A DNA stretch of 64,000 nt, taken from UHGV virus genome UHGV-2031204, one strand, 5' to 3'. The notes under the pieces were generated by a model that had not been told where the DNA came from, made no database searches, and worked only from the letters and a program-made list of their open reading frames with translations. Source of the stretch: a virus. Shown here in pieces: positions 7,743 to 17,483 of the stretch; position 1 is the stretch's first letter; every line of letters begins with the position of its first letter. A program made the position numbers and the translations under genes.

Positions 7743-10696
7743 TAATCGGCGGTAGTATCGTGACGGTTATAGACAATAACGATATCGTCTTTAAGTCCGA
7801 TGTCACCGCTGGCCTCAATGTCCAGCTTTTTACCTATAGTTGCTCTTGATGCTTCCGAAACAACGGTAAAGAGACGCATGTCTTTATCTGGTCCCATAGC
7901 ATCGAGTTCAACACCGATAATAGACGCATCGAGGGTTTCACTCAACGCATTACCGATTTCTGTTGCAGAGATTGTTAGATGACTACCCAAGTAATCATTG
8001 ATAACCTGAGACGTTTTCTTACGAATCTGCGTTAAGAGCTCGGTGTTATTACGGTTAGCAGCTGTTAGGTAATAACGCACGGTGAACTGGTTTTCCGCAG
8101 GGACAGGCGTCACTACCCCGTCCTCGGTACGGGCGTCGATATACCCCATTGTTGTAATCGGCACAAAGTAACCTTCGGTACGTTCTAACAACATAGGCTT
8201 CAAAGTTGGCAATATTACCGTAACGTAGTTAACGATGTTTTCGATAACTTCATTCAGATACGATTTTGCAGAAGGTGTCGTCGCGAATTTATATCGCGCA
8301 TCGAATACCGCCATCTCACTACGGAATTTGATAGAACGCGATTTCGCAATCTTCGGATTGCCGAATTCGTCTTTAACTAAGTCTCCTTCACGATGTAGGA
8401 CGATCTGTTGTCCAGCCTCGTCGAGTTTTGGATCACCTTTACGATGCTCGTACGTAATCTGAAGTGGTGGCGTGCGACCTGCGTCGTAGGTGTAGATTGG
8501 TACACCGTTCTCATCGCGTTTAACCACATCGATTTCCCACGTTGCCATCACGTCTTTTTCGTAATACTGGTAGTTAATGCTGTCAGTAACAGCACGCGCT
8601 TTACGCCAGTAGTACGTCATTGCTTTACCCAATTCGATTTTGAAAATCTCGTGAGTAATACCAATCGCATCGCGTGACGGGGCAGTGATTAACGCATCCA
8701 TTTCCGCACGTTCGTAATTACCAGGATAATAACCGGTGCAGCCGTAGAACAGGTTGAAGTCCGTCATCAACGGTACAGGCGTTTCCGTGGGTGTGCTACT
8801 ACTAATGCGTGTATTCGTTAGCATTAATTCGTCGTTACGGTCAACGTCTAGGTTGGTTTCCAGCAGGAATTCCCATACGCGCTCACTACCCTGTTTACCG
8901 ACTAACGTACCGTTGATATACGCTAAAGTGTTGTCTGCGTTACGTGGACGGAACGATAGCTGTGCAAAAACTTGATCGTCAGTCAGTGCTTGATAAGGTG
9001 CCTCTGACTTCGTTACGGTACGCAATACATAACCGGCCTCGGTCTTTTCGATAGTGTAGTCGGCTGTTACCACACTGAGTTCCGTGCTTACGTTAGTGGC
9101 AATAAAGCGTTTGGAGTTTAACGTCGGTTTATCTAATTGATAAATACGAACGTCAATGGCTTTATTGTTGATATCCACAACGTAATGGAATGGTGTAAAG
9201 AGATAACGATTAGCGTTGGCCGCGTTAATCAAATCTTCTTTACGCATGGTTTTTGCCAAGACCGTCATCTCCGCATCAACCGTCAGGCTGGTGTCGGTGA
9301 ACCGATAAAGTGTGTCAGGAAGAATCGTCAGGCGATTACCGTTAACCTTTACCGTCGGTAGATTAACCAATTCATTCCAGGAGAAATAGAACGGTGCCGT
9401 GATCGTCCCGATGGGAGAACTGACATTGGGAATTGTCGATTCGAGCATCGGTGCCGTTAAGAAGTATGTACGGCTAGTAACATAGTCGTTTGGCTTCGAC
9501 AACGTTAGACCGTAATCAGAAACCGTTGCTTCTAATTGTTTCTCCGTTACAGGGAGTTTTCGTGCACCTACAGCGTTATTGACTACACGTGTACGCAAAT
9601 CTTCGAACGTGAGCTGGCTACGACCACCTGACAACATTTTACCTGCTTTTGCAGCCATCTGTTTGATGGAAAAACTCTTAATCGGGTTAACGTAGTTTTC
9701 GTCGTATTCACCGTTTAAATCACGCAATGTAAACGTGTATTCGTCAGACGGATAAGCCGAGATATCGACACTTAAAGGTCCTAAGGTCGTGTAGATATCC
9801 ATACGAATTTCACCACTGACCAAATTCTTCGCCATGTAGATCGAGGGGATAGTACACCGTATAACACCGTCACCGACCTGGATTAACGCGGTTGGGGTGT
9901 TGGGGTCGTAAACGTCACGACTGTGCGTATGCTGAATTTCAACCCACTTGTTATCGTTGGTTGATTTCATCCACACCCTTACGTAGAAAAATTTGTTAGT
10001 GTAATGGCGGGTCATGACAAAGGTATTTTTCCCTGCAACGGTGTCACTTTCGTTCTTCACCGCATACTGCATGACCGGGATATGGATTGCCAGTAGTTGC
10101 GAGGCCGTGGTGTTAGACGACGTCAACTCCCAATCCAGCGCATTCGTCGACACAGGAGAAATCGGTGACTGTGTTTCGGTAATCCAAAGAACTTGAAACG
10201 CTGGGTTTTCATTGGTACCGTAAGGAAGTACCCTGATTTCAATCGGGTACTGGATGGCAAAGGTGTAACCTGACACCGTGAAAACTGTGTCACGTGGGAT
10301 AACAACCTTACGCACACCCGCAATCTGTAAAGGGTACGCCTTGGAGATTAAACTATCAACATCGATTAATAACAACAACTCGGTGGTTGAAGGTTGGGCG
10401 AACACATCAACGTAGTCCACATCGGACATATGTCGGAACAGGTCATCGTACGTTTGCGCCATCGATGGAAATGTCTTTGGCACTGATTCTTGCAACCCCA
10501 TAAGCGTTGCATGGCCCAACATTGTCCCCATTTCCGCCAAATAAACAACAGGGTCTGTTGGGTCACGTAACACTATTTGGCCTTCGGCGTCTTCTACATC
10601 CAGAAGCTGATTCAAGAGCAGTGTTTGCATCGCTGCCGGATGGTGGGCAAACAACAATATGTTCTTTGCCAAAGTATCGTAAGTCGTAGAACTCAT
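7742..10696 (-). CDS. hypothetical large protein (984 aa), possible virion structural protein
   Basis: Long uninterrupted ORF; start overlaps upstream gene stop; no enzymatic motif seen. Confidence 0.55.
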   Translation of the reverse strand: MSSTTYDTLAKNILLFAHHPAAMQTLLLNQLLDVEDAEGQIVLRDPTDPVVYLAEMGTMLGHATLMGLQESVPKTFPSMAQTYDDLFRHMSDVDYVDVFAQPSTTELLLLIDVDSLISKAYPLQIAGVRKVVIPRDTVFTVSGYTFAIQYPIEIRVLPYGTNENPAFQVLWITETQSPISPVSTNALDWELTSSNTTASQLLAIHIPVMQYAVKNESDTVAGKNTFVMTRHYTNKFFYVRVWMKSTNDNKWVEIQHTHSRDVYDPNTPTALIQVGDGVIRCTIPSIYMAKNLVSGEIRMDIYTTLGPLSVDISAYPSDEYTFTLRDLNGEYDENYVNPIKSFSIKQMAAKAGKMLSGGRSQLTFEDLRTRVVNNAVGARKLPVTEKQLEATVSDYGLTLSKPNDYVTSRTYFLTAPMLESTIPNVSSPIGTITAPFYFSWNELVNLPTVKVNGNRLTILPDTLYRFTDTSLTVDAEMTVLAKTMRKEDLINAANANRYLFTPFHYVVDINNKAIDVRIYQLDKPTLNSKRFIATNVSTELSVVTADYTIEKTEAGYVLRTVTKSEAPYQALTDDQVFAQLSFRPRNADNTLAYINGTLVGKQGSERVWEFLLETNLDVDRNDELMLTNTRISSSTPTETPVPLMTDFNLFYGCTGYYPGNYERAEMDALITAPSRDAIGITHEIFKIELGKAMTYYWRKARAVTDSINYQYYEKDVMATWEIDVVKRDENGVPIYTYDAGRTPPLQITYEHRKGDPKLDEAGQQIVLHREGDLVKDEFGNPKIAKSRSIKFRSEMAVFDARYKFATTPSAKSYLNEVIENIVNYVTVILPTLKPMLLERTEGYFVPITTMGYIDARTEDGVVTPVPAENQFTVRYYLTAANRNNTELLTQIRKKTSQVINDYLGSHLTISATEIGNALSETLDASIIGVELDAMGPDKDMRLFTVVSEASRATIGKKLDIEASGDIGLKDDIVIVYNRHDTTAD

Positions 10697-11994
10697 CAGT
10701 TATTACCTGTCGGTAGTGAAGCGGCATTAGCGTTATCCAGTAATCCCGCTTTCTTGAGAATATGTTGGTAGTCTGCCTGGTAAACATACCAGGTAAGTTT
10801 GCGTCGTACGGAATCGATGTGTGGATAACCGTAATAGTTAAACAACGGTAGCAATTGTGGCGCGATGGGTACTAATTGGTCACTAGCAATCGGGATGAAG
10901 TTGCCCGATTGAATAGAGCCTGGTTGCGGGAGCATATCGGGATTAAAAATGGAAACGGTGCGGTTAAACATTTCCATGTATAATGGATCGTTAAACCGCG
11001 CACCGATAGCTTGCCAGTTAATAGTAATCGTAACATCGTCGTTTAACTGCGGTTTGGAGTTATCAACGTTCGCCATTTGTCCCGCGTTATCGTTCATCGG
11101 CCATGCGACACAAATCGTCCAGAAACGGGTGATGTTCCCTAAGGCATCGTAACGCATCCCGTAGATTCGCGATTGATAATCGATTCTGCGTTGAATGGAG
11201 TTACGCATTTTCGGACGGAACTTACCCATCTTCACACCAGACATATACTCCAGCCACACCCCCATCATTTTCATTAATGGGTCGCCATAGGGGTTGTTTA
11301 ATGACATGCTGATGGAAAAGCTGTTGTTAACTTCATGGGTAGAGTCAACCATCCCCCACTGTTCACGCATTAAACCTTCACTTGCCATCCAGTTATCAAT
11401 AGATTGATCGGGTGCACCACTAAGGCTAATCAGCTGCGTACTGAGTATTGGTATGAACGCTTGTAGATTATCGAATTTTACTTGAGGCATAAACGGCGTA
11501 CCTAAGCGATTCTTCCGCCTACCGTTTTCCATAGGTGCGTCTGTAAACCCGAGTTCAAAATCAGGGTCAAGCGCAGCTAAAATCGAATAATCTATAGAGT
11601 CCTTTGGCTGCATTGCCATGTTCGACATTTTACGAGACTTAGCAATGTTGTCGTAACACAGGTTAAAATCGGGCCGGGTAATAAAAGTTAGTCCACCGTA
11701 TTCTCGGTTGATTGGCGTGGGGTTAGACGCCATCATATGGTTGAACCCCATGTAGGGGTTGGTCAAACGCTGCGCAGCAAGACCCAAACCTACAGTAAGA
11801 CGGATACGATCGTTCCATGCCGTAAGTTCAGTATTAGCGTCGTAAGGTGTCGGGGGGTTAGCATTACTAATCCGTCCGTCGAAATACCCTGCGACCGAAG
11901 GCACTGCGTCCGCATTATTCGGATTGTGGAGAGAATCGTCGTAATCAGTATTCGGGTCATACCCCGGATCGTTCTTATCTGTCTCGTCACTCAT
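10696..11994 (-). CDS. hypothetical protein (432 aa)
   Basis: GGAG RBS upstream of ATG at 11994; co-oriented and coupled with 7742-10696. Confidence 0.55.
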   Translation of the reverse strand: MSDETDKNDPGYDPNTDYDDSLHNPNNADAVPSVAGYFDGRISNANPPTPYDANTELTAWNDRIRLTVGLGLAAQRLTNPYMGFNHMMASNPTPINREYGGLTFITRPDFNLCYDNIAKSRKMSNMAMQPKDSIDYSILAALDPDFELGFTDAPMENGRRKNRLGTPFMPQVKFDNLQAFIPILSTQLISLSGAPDQSIDNWMASEGLMREQWGMVDSTHEVNNSFSISMSLNNPYGDPLMKMMGVWLEYMSGVKMGKFRPKMRNSIQRRIDYQSRIYGMRYDALGNITRFWTICVAWPMNDNAGQMANVDNSKPQLNDDVTITINWQAIGARFNDPLYMEMFNRTVSIFNPDMLPQPGSIQSGNFIPIASDQLVPIAPQLLPLFNYYGYPHIDSVRRKLTWYVYQADYQHILKKAGLLDNANAASLPTGNN

Positions 11995-12020
11995 CTTTAA
12001 CTCCGGAGTTCATTAGGAAA

Positions 12021-13127
12021 ATGTTAGAAAAAACGTTTGAGACAAGCGTTGTCTCTTTCCTCTCCAGACTTCCCATGCTGTTTCGTTCGCGTGCGGAGTC
12101 GATGGAGGAATTTAACTCAGTGCTCTATAACGAGCACATTACCTTAGTCGAACAAAGCCTGCTGGGTTTAGATTACCTTCCGGGAATTCTGGAGAAAATC
12201 CAAATTTTGCTGGCAGGAAACCAATTAACGGCTATCTCACTGTTAACCGGTGTACCGGATGTTGACATTATCGGTACCCTGGATCAGGTCAGCACACGTC
12301 GTAGTGCGCTTGATAACGCAGTCCGCACCGGTTCCCGCTTAGCAGCGCTTGCAGTCGGCGAATCTGCCCGTTATGGTTTACCATCATACGATAAAATCGG
12401 CATTGCAGTCGGCGAATCTGCCCGACGGGTCGCCCAGGAATCAAAAGGTTCGGTCAGTGGCGGGAAAGGTGATCCGATTAAACAGCTTTTCGATCAAGAA
12501 GGGTTGTCCAACGGGAAAATGTTCTCAGTAACATTCGAACGTGACGGTAATAAAGTCGAACTCCCAATGCGTTTACGTTTGGATGTGAAATCCTTACCGA
12601 CCGAACAAATTGAAACACTGATTGCGTTCAGTGACCAGACGAAAACATTCTGGGAACGTTGGCTGCGTGCACGCGTTGGCGCGTTGAGTTACGTAAAAGA
12701 CATTGCGTTCTGTAACGACCTGGTAGAAGAATATCGTAAGAACCGTTATCGCGATAAGTCCGGTTATTACCGTAAGATGATGGAGAAGAAGAACGGTAAC
12801 TGGTTGTCTGGCCTGCTGTCTTTGGCACCGTCTATCAATAACGCCTCTTCCGTTATGGTGGTTTCTCAAGACACCATTGACGGCTTGACCGCACAACTAG
12901 GTGGTGAATTTGACGATTTCAATATCCGTCAGCGTGTGTTCAAAGACACCTTGACTGTCTACTATGTTGTTGTGGACACCACCTGGAATCGTGTCACTAT
13001 TTATACCCGTGGTCAGAACGGCTCTCAGGAACTCGATAAATCTGACTTTAGTAAATCGAAGTCTGGTAGCGCCGATGTAAATAAAATCATCGAAGCGTAT
13101 CGCTCTGGCGCTCAGCCAGTTCTTTAA
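12021..13127 (+). CDS. hypothetical protein
   Basis: 368 aa ORF; contains a perfect 20 nt internal direct repeat (12351-12370 and 12405-12424). Confidence 0.55.
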   Translation: MLEKTFETSVVSFLSRLPMLFRSRAESMEEFNSVLYNEHITLVEQSLLGLDYLPGILEKIQILLAGNQLTAISLLTGVPDVDIIGTLDQVSTRRSALDNAVRTGSRLAALAVGESARYGLPSYDKIGIAVGESARRVAQESKGSVSGGKGDPIKQLFDQEGLSNGKMFSVTFERDGNKVELPMRLRLDVKSLPTEQIETLIAFSDQTKTFWERWLRARVGALSYVKDIAFCNDLVEEYRKNRYRDKSGYYRKMMEKKNGNWLSGLLSLAPSINNASSVMVVSQDTIDGLTAQLGGEFDDFNIRQRVFKDTLTVYYVVVDTTWNRVTIYTRGQNGSQELDKSDFSKSKSGSADVNKIIEAYRSGAQPVL

Positions 13128-13137
13128 GGGGTAAGGC

Positions 13138-14073
13138 ATGGCAATCCCGAATATGCTCGCTATGTTGTTGCCGAGCTTTGAAGCAACAAACTTGAAAAAC
13201 CAACTCTCATCAAACTGCGATGCGATTGGTGAACAACTTTTACCGCGTTTCCAGTCTCTGCAAGAGCTGGTAGCGTCGAAAGAAGGCAAGCCGTTTAAAT
13301 CGAAAACGGTGCAGGACATGTCGGATGATTTGGTTAAATACCTGCGGAATTCCGGTCTGGAAGCCAAAGGTCTCCGTAATCCTTCGATGCTGGAATACAT
13401 CGTTGCCTCGATGGAAAACACGCTACAATTGCGTTCTTTCTTAGACCAATGTATTACGCGTGACATTGGTAAAGCGTTAGTCACGTCTTCAATGACGTTT
13501 AATAAATTAACGGTGCTCAGACTGCTTGACCTGATTGACTTCTTTACAGGTTACAGTGCCACCTTACTTAACTACGTAACCGCAGAAGAAATAGCCGCCG
13601 TAGAAGGCTCGAATATTGAAGTAAAAGGCGTCGGTCCGAATGACCTTCAATACCTCAATACTCGTTCTATTTCTTACTGCATTGCTGTCCGTGTGCTGGC
13701 AACGCCGCTGAATAAACTGAAAGCGGATTATGCGGAAATTCCTGAAGCGATCTTTAACGACGAAACTTACGGTGAGTTGGCGCAACAGTTCGGTTCGAGC
13801 TCCGTTGACCCACTGGGAATGAGCAGTGTACCGTTCCCAATCTCACTGATATTGCGCGTACGTTTGAATATCGCTGAACGGCAGATGGATAAGTACGACG
13901 AGTGTGTAGAAGCGGCGAAAGCGGCGGAACTGCGTATCTTACTTTACAAAAAGCAAGTCGCAGAAGGTAAGGGTGATGCCCACATTGAGAAACTGATTGA
14001 AATCAGTGAAAAGCATCTGATGGAACTCAAGCACAAGCGTGAGCGTCTTGAAAAGAAATACGGTTTAGCGTAA
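13138..14073 (+). CDS. hypothetical protein
   Basis: 311 aa ORF; short intergenic spacing within co-oriented gene chain. Confidence 0.55.
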   Translation: MAIPNMLAMLLPSFEATNLKNQLSSNCDAIGEQLLPRFQSLQELVASKEGKPFKSKTVQDMSDDLVKYLRNSGLEAKGLRNPSMLEYIVASMENTLQLRSFLDQCITRDIGKALVTSSMTFNKLTVLRLLDLIDFFTGYSATLLNYVTAEEIAAVEGSNIEVKGVGPNDLQYLNTRSISYCIAVRVLATPLNKLKADYAEIPEAIFNDETYGELAQQFGSSSVDPLGMSSVPFPISLILRVRLNIAERQMDKYDECVEAAKAAELRILLYKKQVAEGKGDAHIEKLIEISEKHLMELKHKRERLEKKYGLA

Positions 14074-14090
14074 ACCGTTAGGAGAGGCGA

Positions 14091-14651
14091 ATGTTTGAGC
14101 ACGATAGTCCTGAATTTAATGTTGCTGTAGAGCGCATTAAATCCTACATGTCGATTTTATCGAAAAACCCAATCGACACACACGATGACGAGGTTATTCA
14201 CAAAACACTGGAAGCCGCCGCCGTTATTTTACCGTACTTTCGTCTGATGGCTGCGGATTCTTTGCAGCAAGTATTATATGACGAATATCCGCAGGTCGGA
14301 TTTACCTTTAATACGTTTTATAACGAAAGTGTAGATTTCTTGCTGGATGGTAAGCGACGTAATGTGACGTTAGGGCAGTGGTCGACTTTGCTGTCGTCGT
14401 ATATGAACGATGTTCGTAACACGAAGAATGTTGAACAGACGGGTGCATTAGGCTCGCGTCTATTAGCTGCTGCGTTTGGTCGCCGAGGTACTGTACGTAA
14501 TATGGGCTCTGCTCACCAATCCGTTGAGTGTAGCAAACGTCTTTTATCTTATGCAGACCATGAACTGCTGGCACGCTGGATGACGCGCCCGAACGGGTTG
14601 TCCGACATGATCTCGTCGTTAGCAGTGTTTTTGAAAATCGCACGTCCCTAA
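14091..14651 (+). CDS. hypothetical protein
   Basis: 186 aa ORF with GGAG RBS. Confidence 0.55.
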   Translation: MFEHDSPEFNVAVERIKSYMSILSKNPIDTHDDEVIHKTLEAAAVILPYFRLMAADSLQQVLYDEYPQVGFTFNTFYNESVDFLLDGKRRNVTLGQWSTLLSSYMNDVRNTKNVEQTGALGSRLLAAAFGRRGTVRNMGSAHQSVECSKRLLSYADHELLARWMTRPNGLSDMISSLAVFLKIARP

Positions 14652-14710
14652 GGGGGCCCCTCATTCTAGGGGCGTGTAATTGGGTTATATAACCAAAGGA
14701 AATAAACGAA

Positions 14711-15982
14711 ATGGCAAATTTCGCAAAAACTCGCGCCGCTCGTGAATCGATGGAAGCGGCCGATGAAGTAATCGACGGTATCAGCAACGTTGAACCGGCA
14801 GAAGAGAACCTGGACGTCCAACTTGCGGACGTAGCATCTATCGACGGTCAGCTCGATCAGCTGGAAACCGACGGTGAAACCCTGGCTGCCGATACCGAGC
14901 GTACTGAAGACGCTATCGAACAGGCGGAAGAAGCCGTTGCTAACGGTGAAGAAATGCCGGAAGAAGCGGTTGCCCTGCACGAAGTGGCACAGGAATCCAT
15001 CGCACGTCGTTGGTGCCTGGAACGTACTAAACTGGCACGCGAATCCTATCGCCGTGGTCGTGGTATGACTGCTGCTGCCCAGGAAGGTTGGAAAGAAACC
15101 CTGAAAGATCTTTACGATCGTTTCATTCAGTTCTGTAAAGAAGTGATTGCGAAGATCAAAGACCTGAAACTGAAATATTTCAACGTCGGTAAGACCGCAC
15201 AGAAACGTGCGAAGAAATATCAGGAAATGCTGCGTAAGCTGGGCAAACAGAAGAAAGATGAGATCTCTGGTGGCTTTATCACCAAGCTGTCTATCGAAGG
15301 TAAATTCGATGCCGCTGGCTCTATCGCTATTGCGAAAGAAGTTACCGCAGGTAAAGCTAAAGGTTCCATCGCTGTTCTGGAAAAACAAGCTGGTGAAGCT
15401 GTGACTGCCGTTACCAAAGGTGACGATGACGCATTCAAAGCAATGCGTGGCGATCAGCCGGTAGAACTGTTTGGTAAAGCTGCTTCTAAACTGCACACTC
15501 TGCCGAACTTTGAAAAAGGTGATGCGTCTAAACTCCTGGCTCTGCCGGGCAACGCTTACGTTCAGGCTGGTACTAAAGAACTGGCTGGCGGCCACAAGTT
15601 CACCGCAATTGCTTTCATGAGCACCGGTGACGCTTCTGACGATAAAGACGTGAAAACTCCGTCTGTTTCTGAAATGGCTGGTGCTGCTTCTGCTCTGGAA
15701 GCGATCGGTAAAGGTTTCGAAGCCGTACTGAAAGATTTCCGTGCTTACGATTCTGAAATCGTGAAGCTGCAACAGGCTGCTGAGAATGCTGCTAAGGCGC
15801 TGAACAACGAAAAAGACGATAGCAAGTGGGATGGCCTGCGTAACGCACGTCAAGCTGCCGATTGGTCTGTTAAGAACTACCAGACCCTGAACCGCGCAGT
15901 TAGCTATGTTGCTAACACCGTTATTAGCGGTCTGAATGGCTACCTGGGTGCTGGTATCGGTGCTTACGAAAAATCTAAATAA
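14711..15982 (+). CDS. abundant acidic protein, paralog A (candidate virion inner-body or scaffold-like protein)
   Basis: Strong high-expression codon bias; acidic N-terminal third; shares N-terminus MANF..ARESME, internal RKLGKQKKDEISGGFI and C-terminus GAGIGAYEKSK with 16065-17330. Confidence 0.6.
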   Translation: MANFAKTRAARESMEAADEVIDGISNVEPAEENLDVQLADVASIDGQLDQLETDGETLAADTERTEDAIEQAEEAVANGEEMPEEAVALHEVAQESIARRWCLERTKLARESYRRGRGMTAAAQEGWKETLKDLYDRFIQFCKEVIAKIKDLKLKYFNVGKTAQKRAKKYQEMLRKLGKQKKDEISGGFITKLSIEGKFDAAGSIAIAKEVTAGKAKGSIAVLEKQAGEAVTAVTKGDDDAFKAMRGDQPVELFGKAASKLHTLPNFEKGDASKLLALPGNAYVQAGTKELAGGHKFTAIAFMSTGDASDDKDVKTPSVSEMAGAASALEAIGKGFEAVLKDFRAYDSEIVKLQQAAENAAKALNNEKDDSKWDGLRNARQAADWSVKNYQTLNRAVSYVANTVISGLNGYLGAGIGAYEKSK

Positions 15983-16025
15983 TCATTTAGATTCGTAGTT
16001 CCGTACAGTTCTTGAAATAAATCAT

Positions 16026-16047
16026 CAGGGGAACAATACGTTCCCCT
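16026..16047 (+). promoter_or_regulatory. intergenic hairpin without T-tract between paralogs (possible RNA processing or attenuation site)
   Basis: AGGGGAAC-loop-GTTCCCCT between 15982 stop and 16065 start. Confidence 0.35.
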
Positions 16048-16064
16048 TAGAGGAAAAGCTTAAA

Positions 16065-17330
16065 ATGGCGAATTTCTACAAAAACAAAATTGCTCGTGAG
16101 TCTATGGAGTCTACTTCTACTGTAGTTCCAGACGGCATCGAACTGCCAGCAGAATCCGTAGAAGGCACTCTGGCCGATATCGAGCATGACACCAAACCGA
16201 TCGAAGCTCTGGACGCTGACGCTGAACTGCTGGCAGAAGACGGCGACGAAACTGACGCTCAGCTGGATGTTCTGGATGAAGCTCAGGCTGCTGCTGACGG
16301 TGAAGGTGCAGGCGAAGACGGTGAAGAACCGATGGATGCCGAAGAAGATATGCCGGACGACGCTGCGACTGCGCTGGACGTTGCTCAGGAATCTATCCGT
16401 TCTCGTTGGAACTTCGAACACCGTTCTTCTGTTGCACACGAATCCTACGGTTCTCGTAACCGTCGTCAGGTTGCTCGTGAATCCCTGTGGGAAGACATCA
16501 AAGCCTTCCTGGGCCGTATTCTCGATTGGCTGAAAGAACAAGGCCGCAAACTGAAAGATCGCTGGCTGAAATTCCACAACCAGGGTAAATCTATTCAGGC
16601 ACGTGCTAAGAAATACGATGAAGTTATTCGTAAGCTTGGCAAACAGAAGAAAGATGAGATCTCTGGTGGCTTTATCAAGTCTCTGTCTATCGACGGCAAG
16701 TTCGTCGGTGATAATATTCCGAAACTGAAAGGTATCCTTAACCAGGTCTCCTCGTTCTATAGCGCTAAGATGCCTGCCATGGCCGCTAAAGCTGCTGAAG
16801 TGGTTTCCGATGTTACCAAAGGTAATGGCGTTAAAGTTGAAAAACTGAAAGCCGACTTTACCGAACTGTCCAAACAAGACAGTCTCCAAAACTTCAAGCT
16901 CGGTAACATGGCGGTGAAAACCGAGTATGACAACGAAGGCGGCTTCAGCTCCACCTTTGTTGAAGCTGAAAACAGCGTTGAAACTAGCGTGAAAACTCCG
17001 TCTGTTGGCGAACTGGCCAAAATCAATGCTCTCTTCAACGAAGTGGGTAAACAGATTGAGAAGAACGTTCAGGATTATCGTAAAGTCGAAAGCGCGCGGA
17101 AAACCTTTGAAGATAATATCGATAAGCTCCTGAAAGAAGTCGATAAAGTTAAGATCGACGAAAAACCGGAACTGACCGAAGGTGTACGTGCTGCCCGTCG
17201 TTTCATCACCAGCGTTAACCAGGGTCTGTCTCTGGGTGAGAAGGTTATTGCTTCTACTCAGAAACACCTGGCCGGTGGTCTGAACGGTTACCTGAGTGCC
17301 GGTATCGGCGCTTACGAAAAATCTAAATAA
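16065..17330 (+). CDS. abundant acidic protein, paralog B (candidate virion inner-body or scaffold-like protein)
   Basis: Paralog of 14711-15982 with same codon bias and conserved blocks; followed by strong terminator. Confidence 0.6.
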   Translation: MANFYKNKIARESMESTSTVVPDGIELPAESVEGTLADIEHDTKPIEALDADAELLAEDGDETDAQLDVLDEAQAAADGEGAGEDGEEPMDAEEDMPDDAATALDVAQESIRSRWNFEHRSSVAHESYGSRNRRQVARESLWEDIKAFLGRILDWLKEQGRKLKDRWLKFHNQGKSIQARAKKYDEVIRKLGKQKKDEISGGFIKSLSIDGKFVGDNIPKLKGILNQVSSFYSAKMPAMAAKAAEVVSDVTKGNGVKVEKLKADFTELSKQDSLQNFKLGNMAVKTEYDNEGGFSSTFVEAENSVETSVKTPSVGELAKINALFNEVGKQIEKNVQDYRKVESARKTFEDNIDKLLKEVDKVKIDEKPELTEGVRAARRFITSVNQGLSLGEKVIASTQKHLAGGLNGYLSAGIGAYEKSK

Positions 17331-17347
17331 TCCCTGATTGTTTAGTA

Positions 17348-17394
17348 AGAGAACCACCCTGTAATGGGGTGGTTCTCTCTTTTCTTTTTTTTTC
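17348..17394 (+). terminator. rho-independent terminator
   Basis: 12 bp stem AGAGAACCACCC/GGGTGGTTCTCT then 16 nt T-rich run. Confidence 0.75.
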
Positions 17395-17409
17395 GATTAA
17401 AATAATTTT

Positions 17410-17448
17410 CAGATATATATTACCTAGGTGAGATTACACAGTAATCTC
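17410..17448 (+). promoter_or_regulatory. conserved promoter-like motif plus dyad (copy 1)
   Basis: CAGATATATATTACCTAGGTGAGA followed by palindrome GAGATTAC-ACA-GTAATCTC; immediately after terminator, before gene 17484. Confidence 0.5.
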
Positions 17449-17483
17449 TTTACGACTTGTTTATTACGTTTAGGAGAAATATC

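Noticed and set aside
14666-15853. Long minus-strand ORF (395 aa) antisense to paralog A; similar shadows at 16047-17357 (436 aa), 30970-32097 (375 aa) and 48776-49474
   Set aside because: These are antisense shadows of strongly codon-biased plus-strand genes. The translations are low-complexity (F/S/T/V-rich), have no RBS and conflict with the well-supported sense genes.
17391-17419. Reading the conserved motif as a standard sigma70 promoter (TATATT as -10)
   Set aside because: No reasonable -35 hexamer lies at 16-18 bp spacing in any copy, and conservation extends about 15 nt downstream of the putative -10, unlike host promoters.
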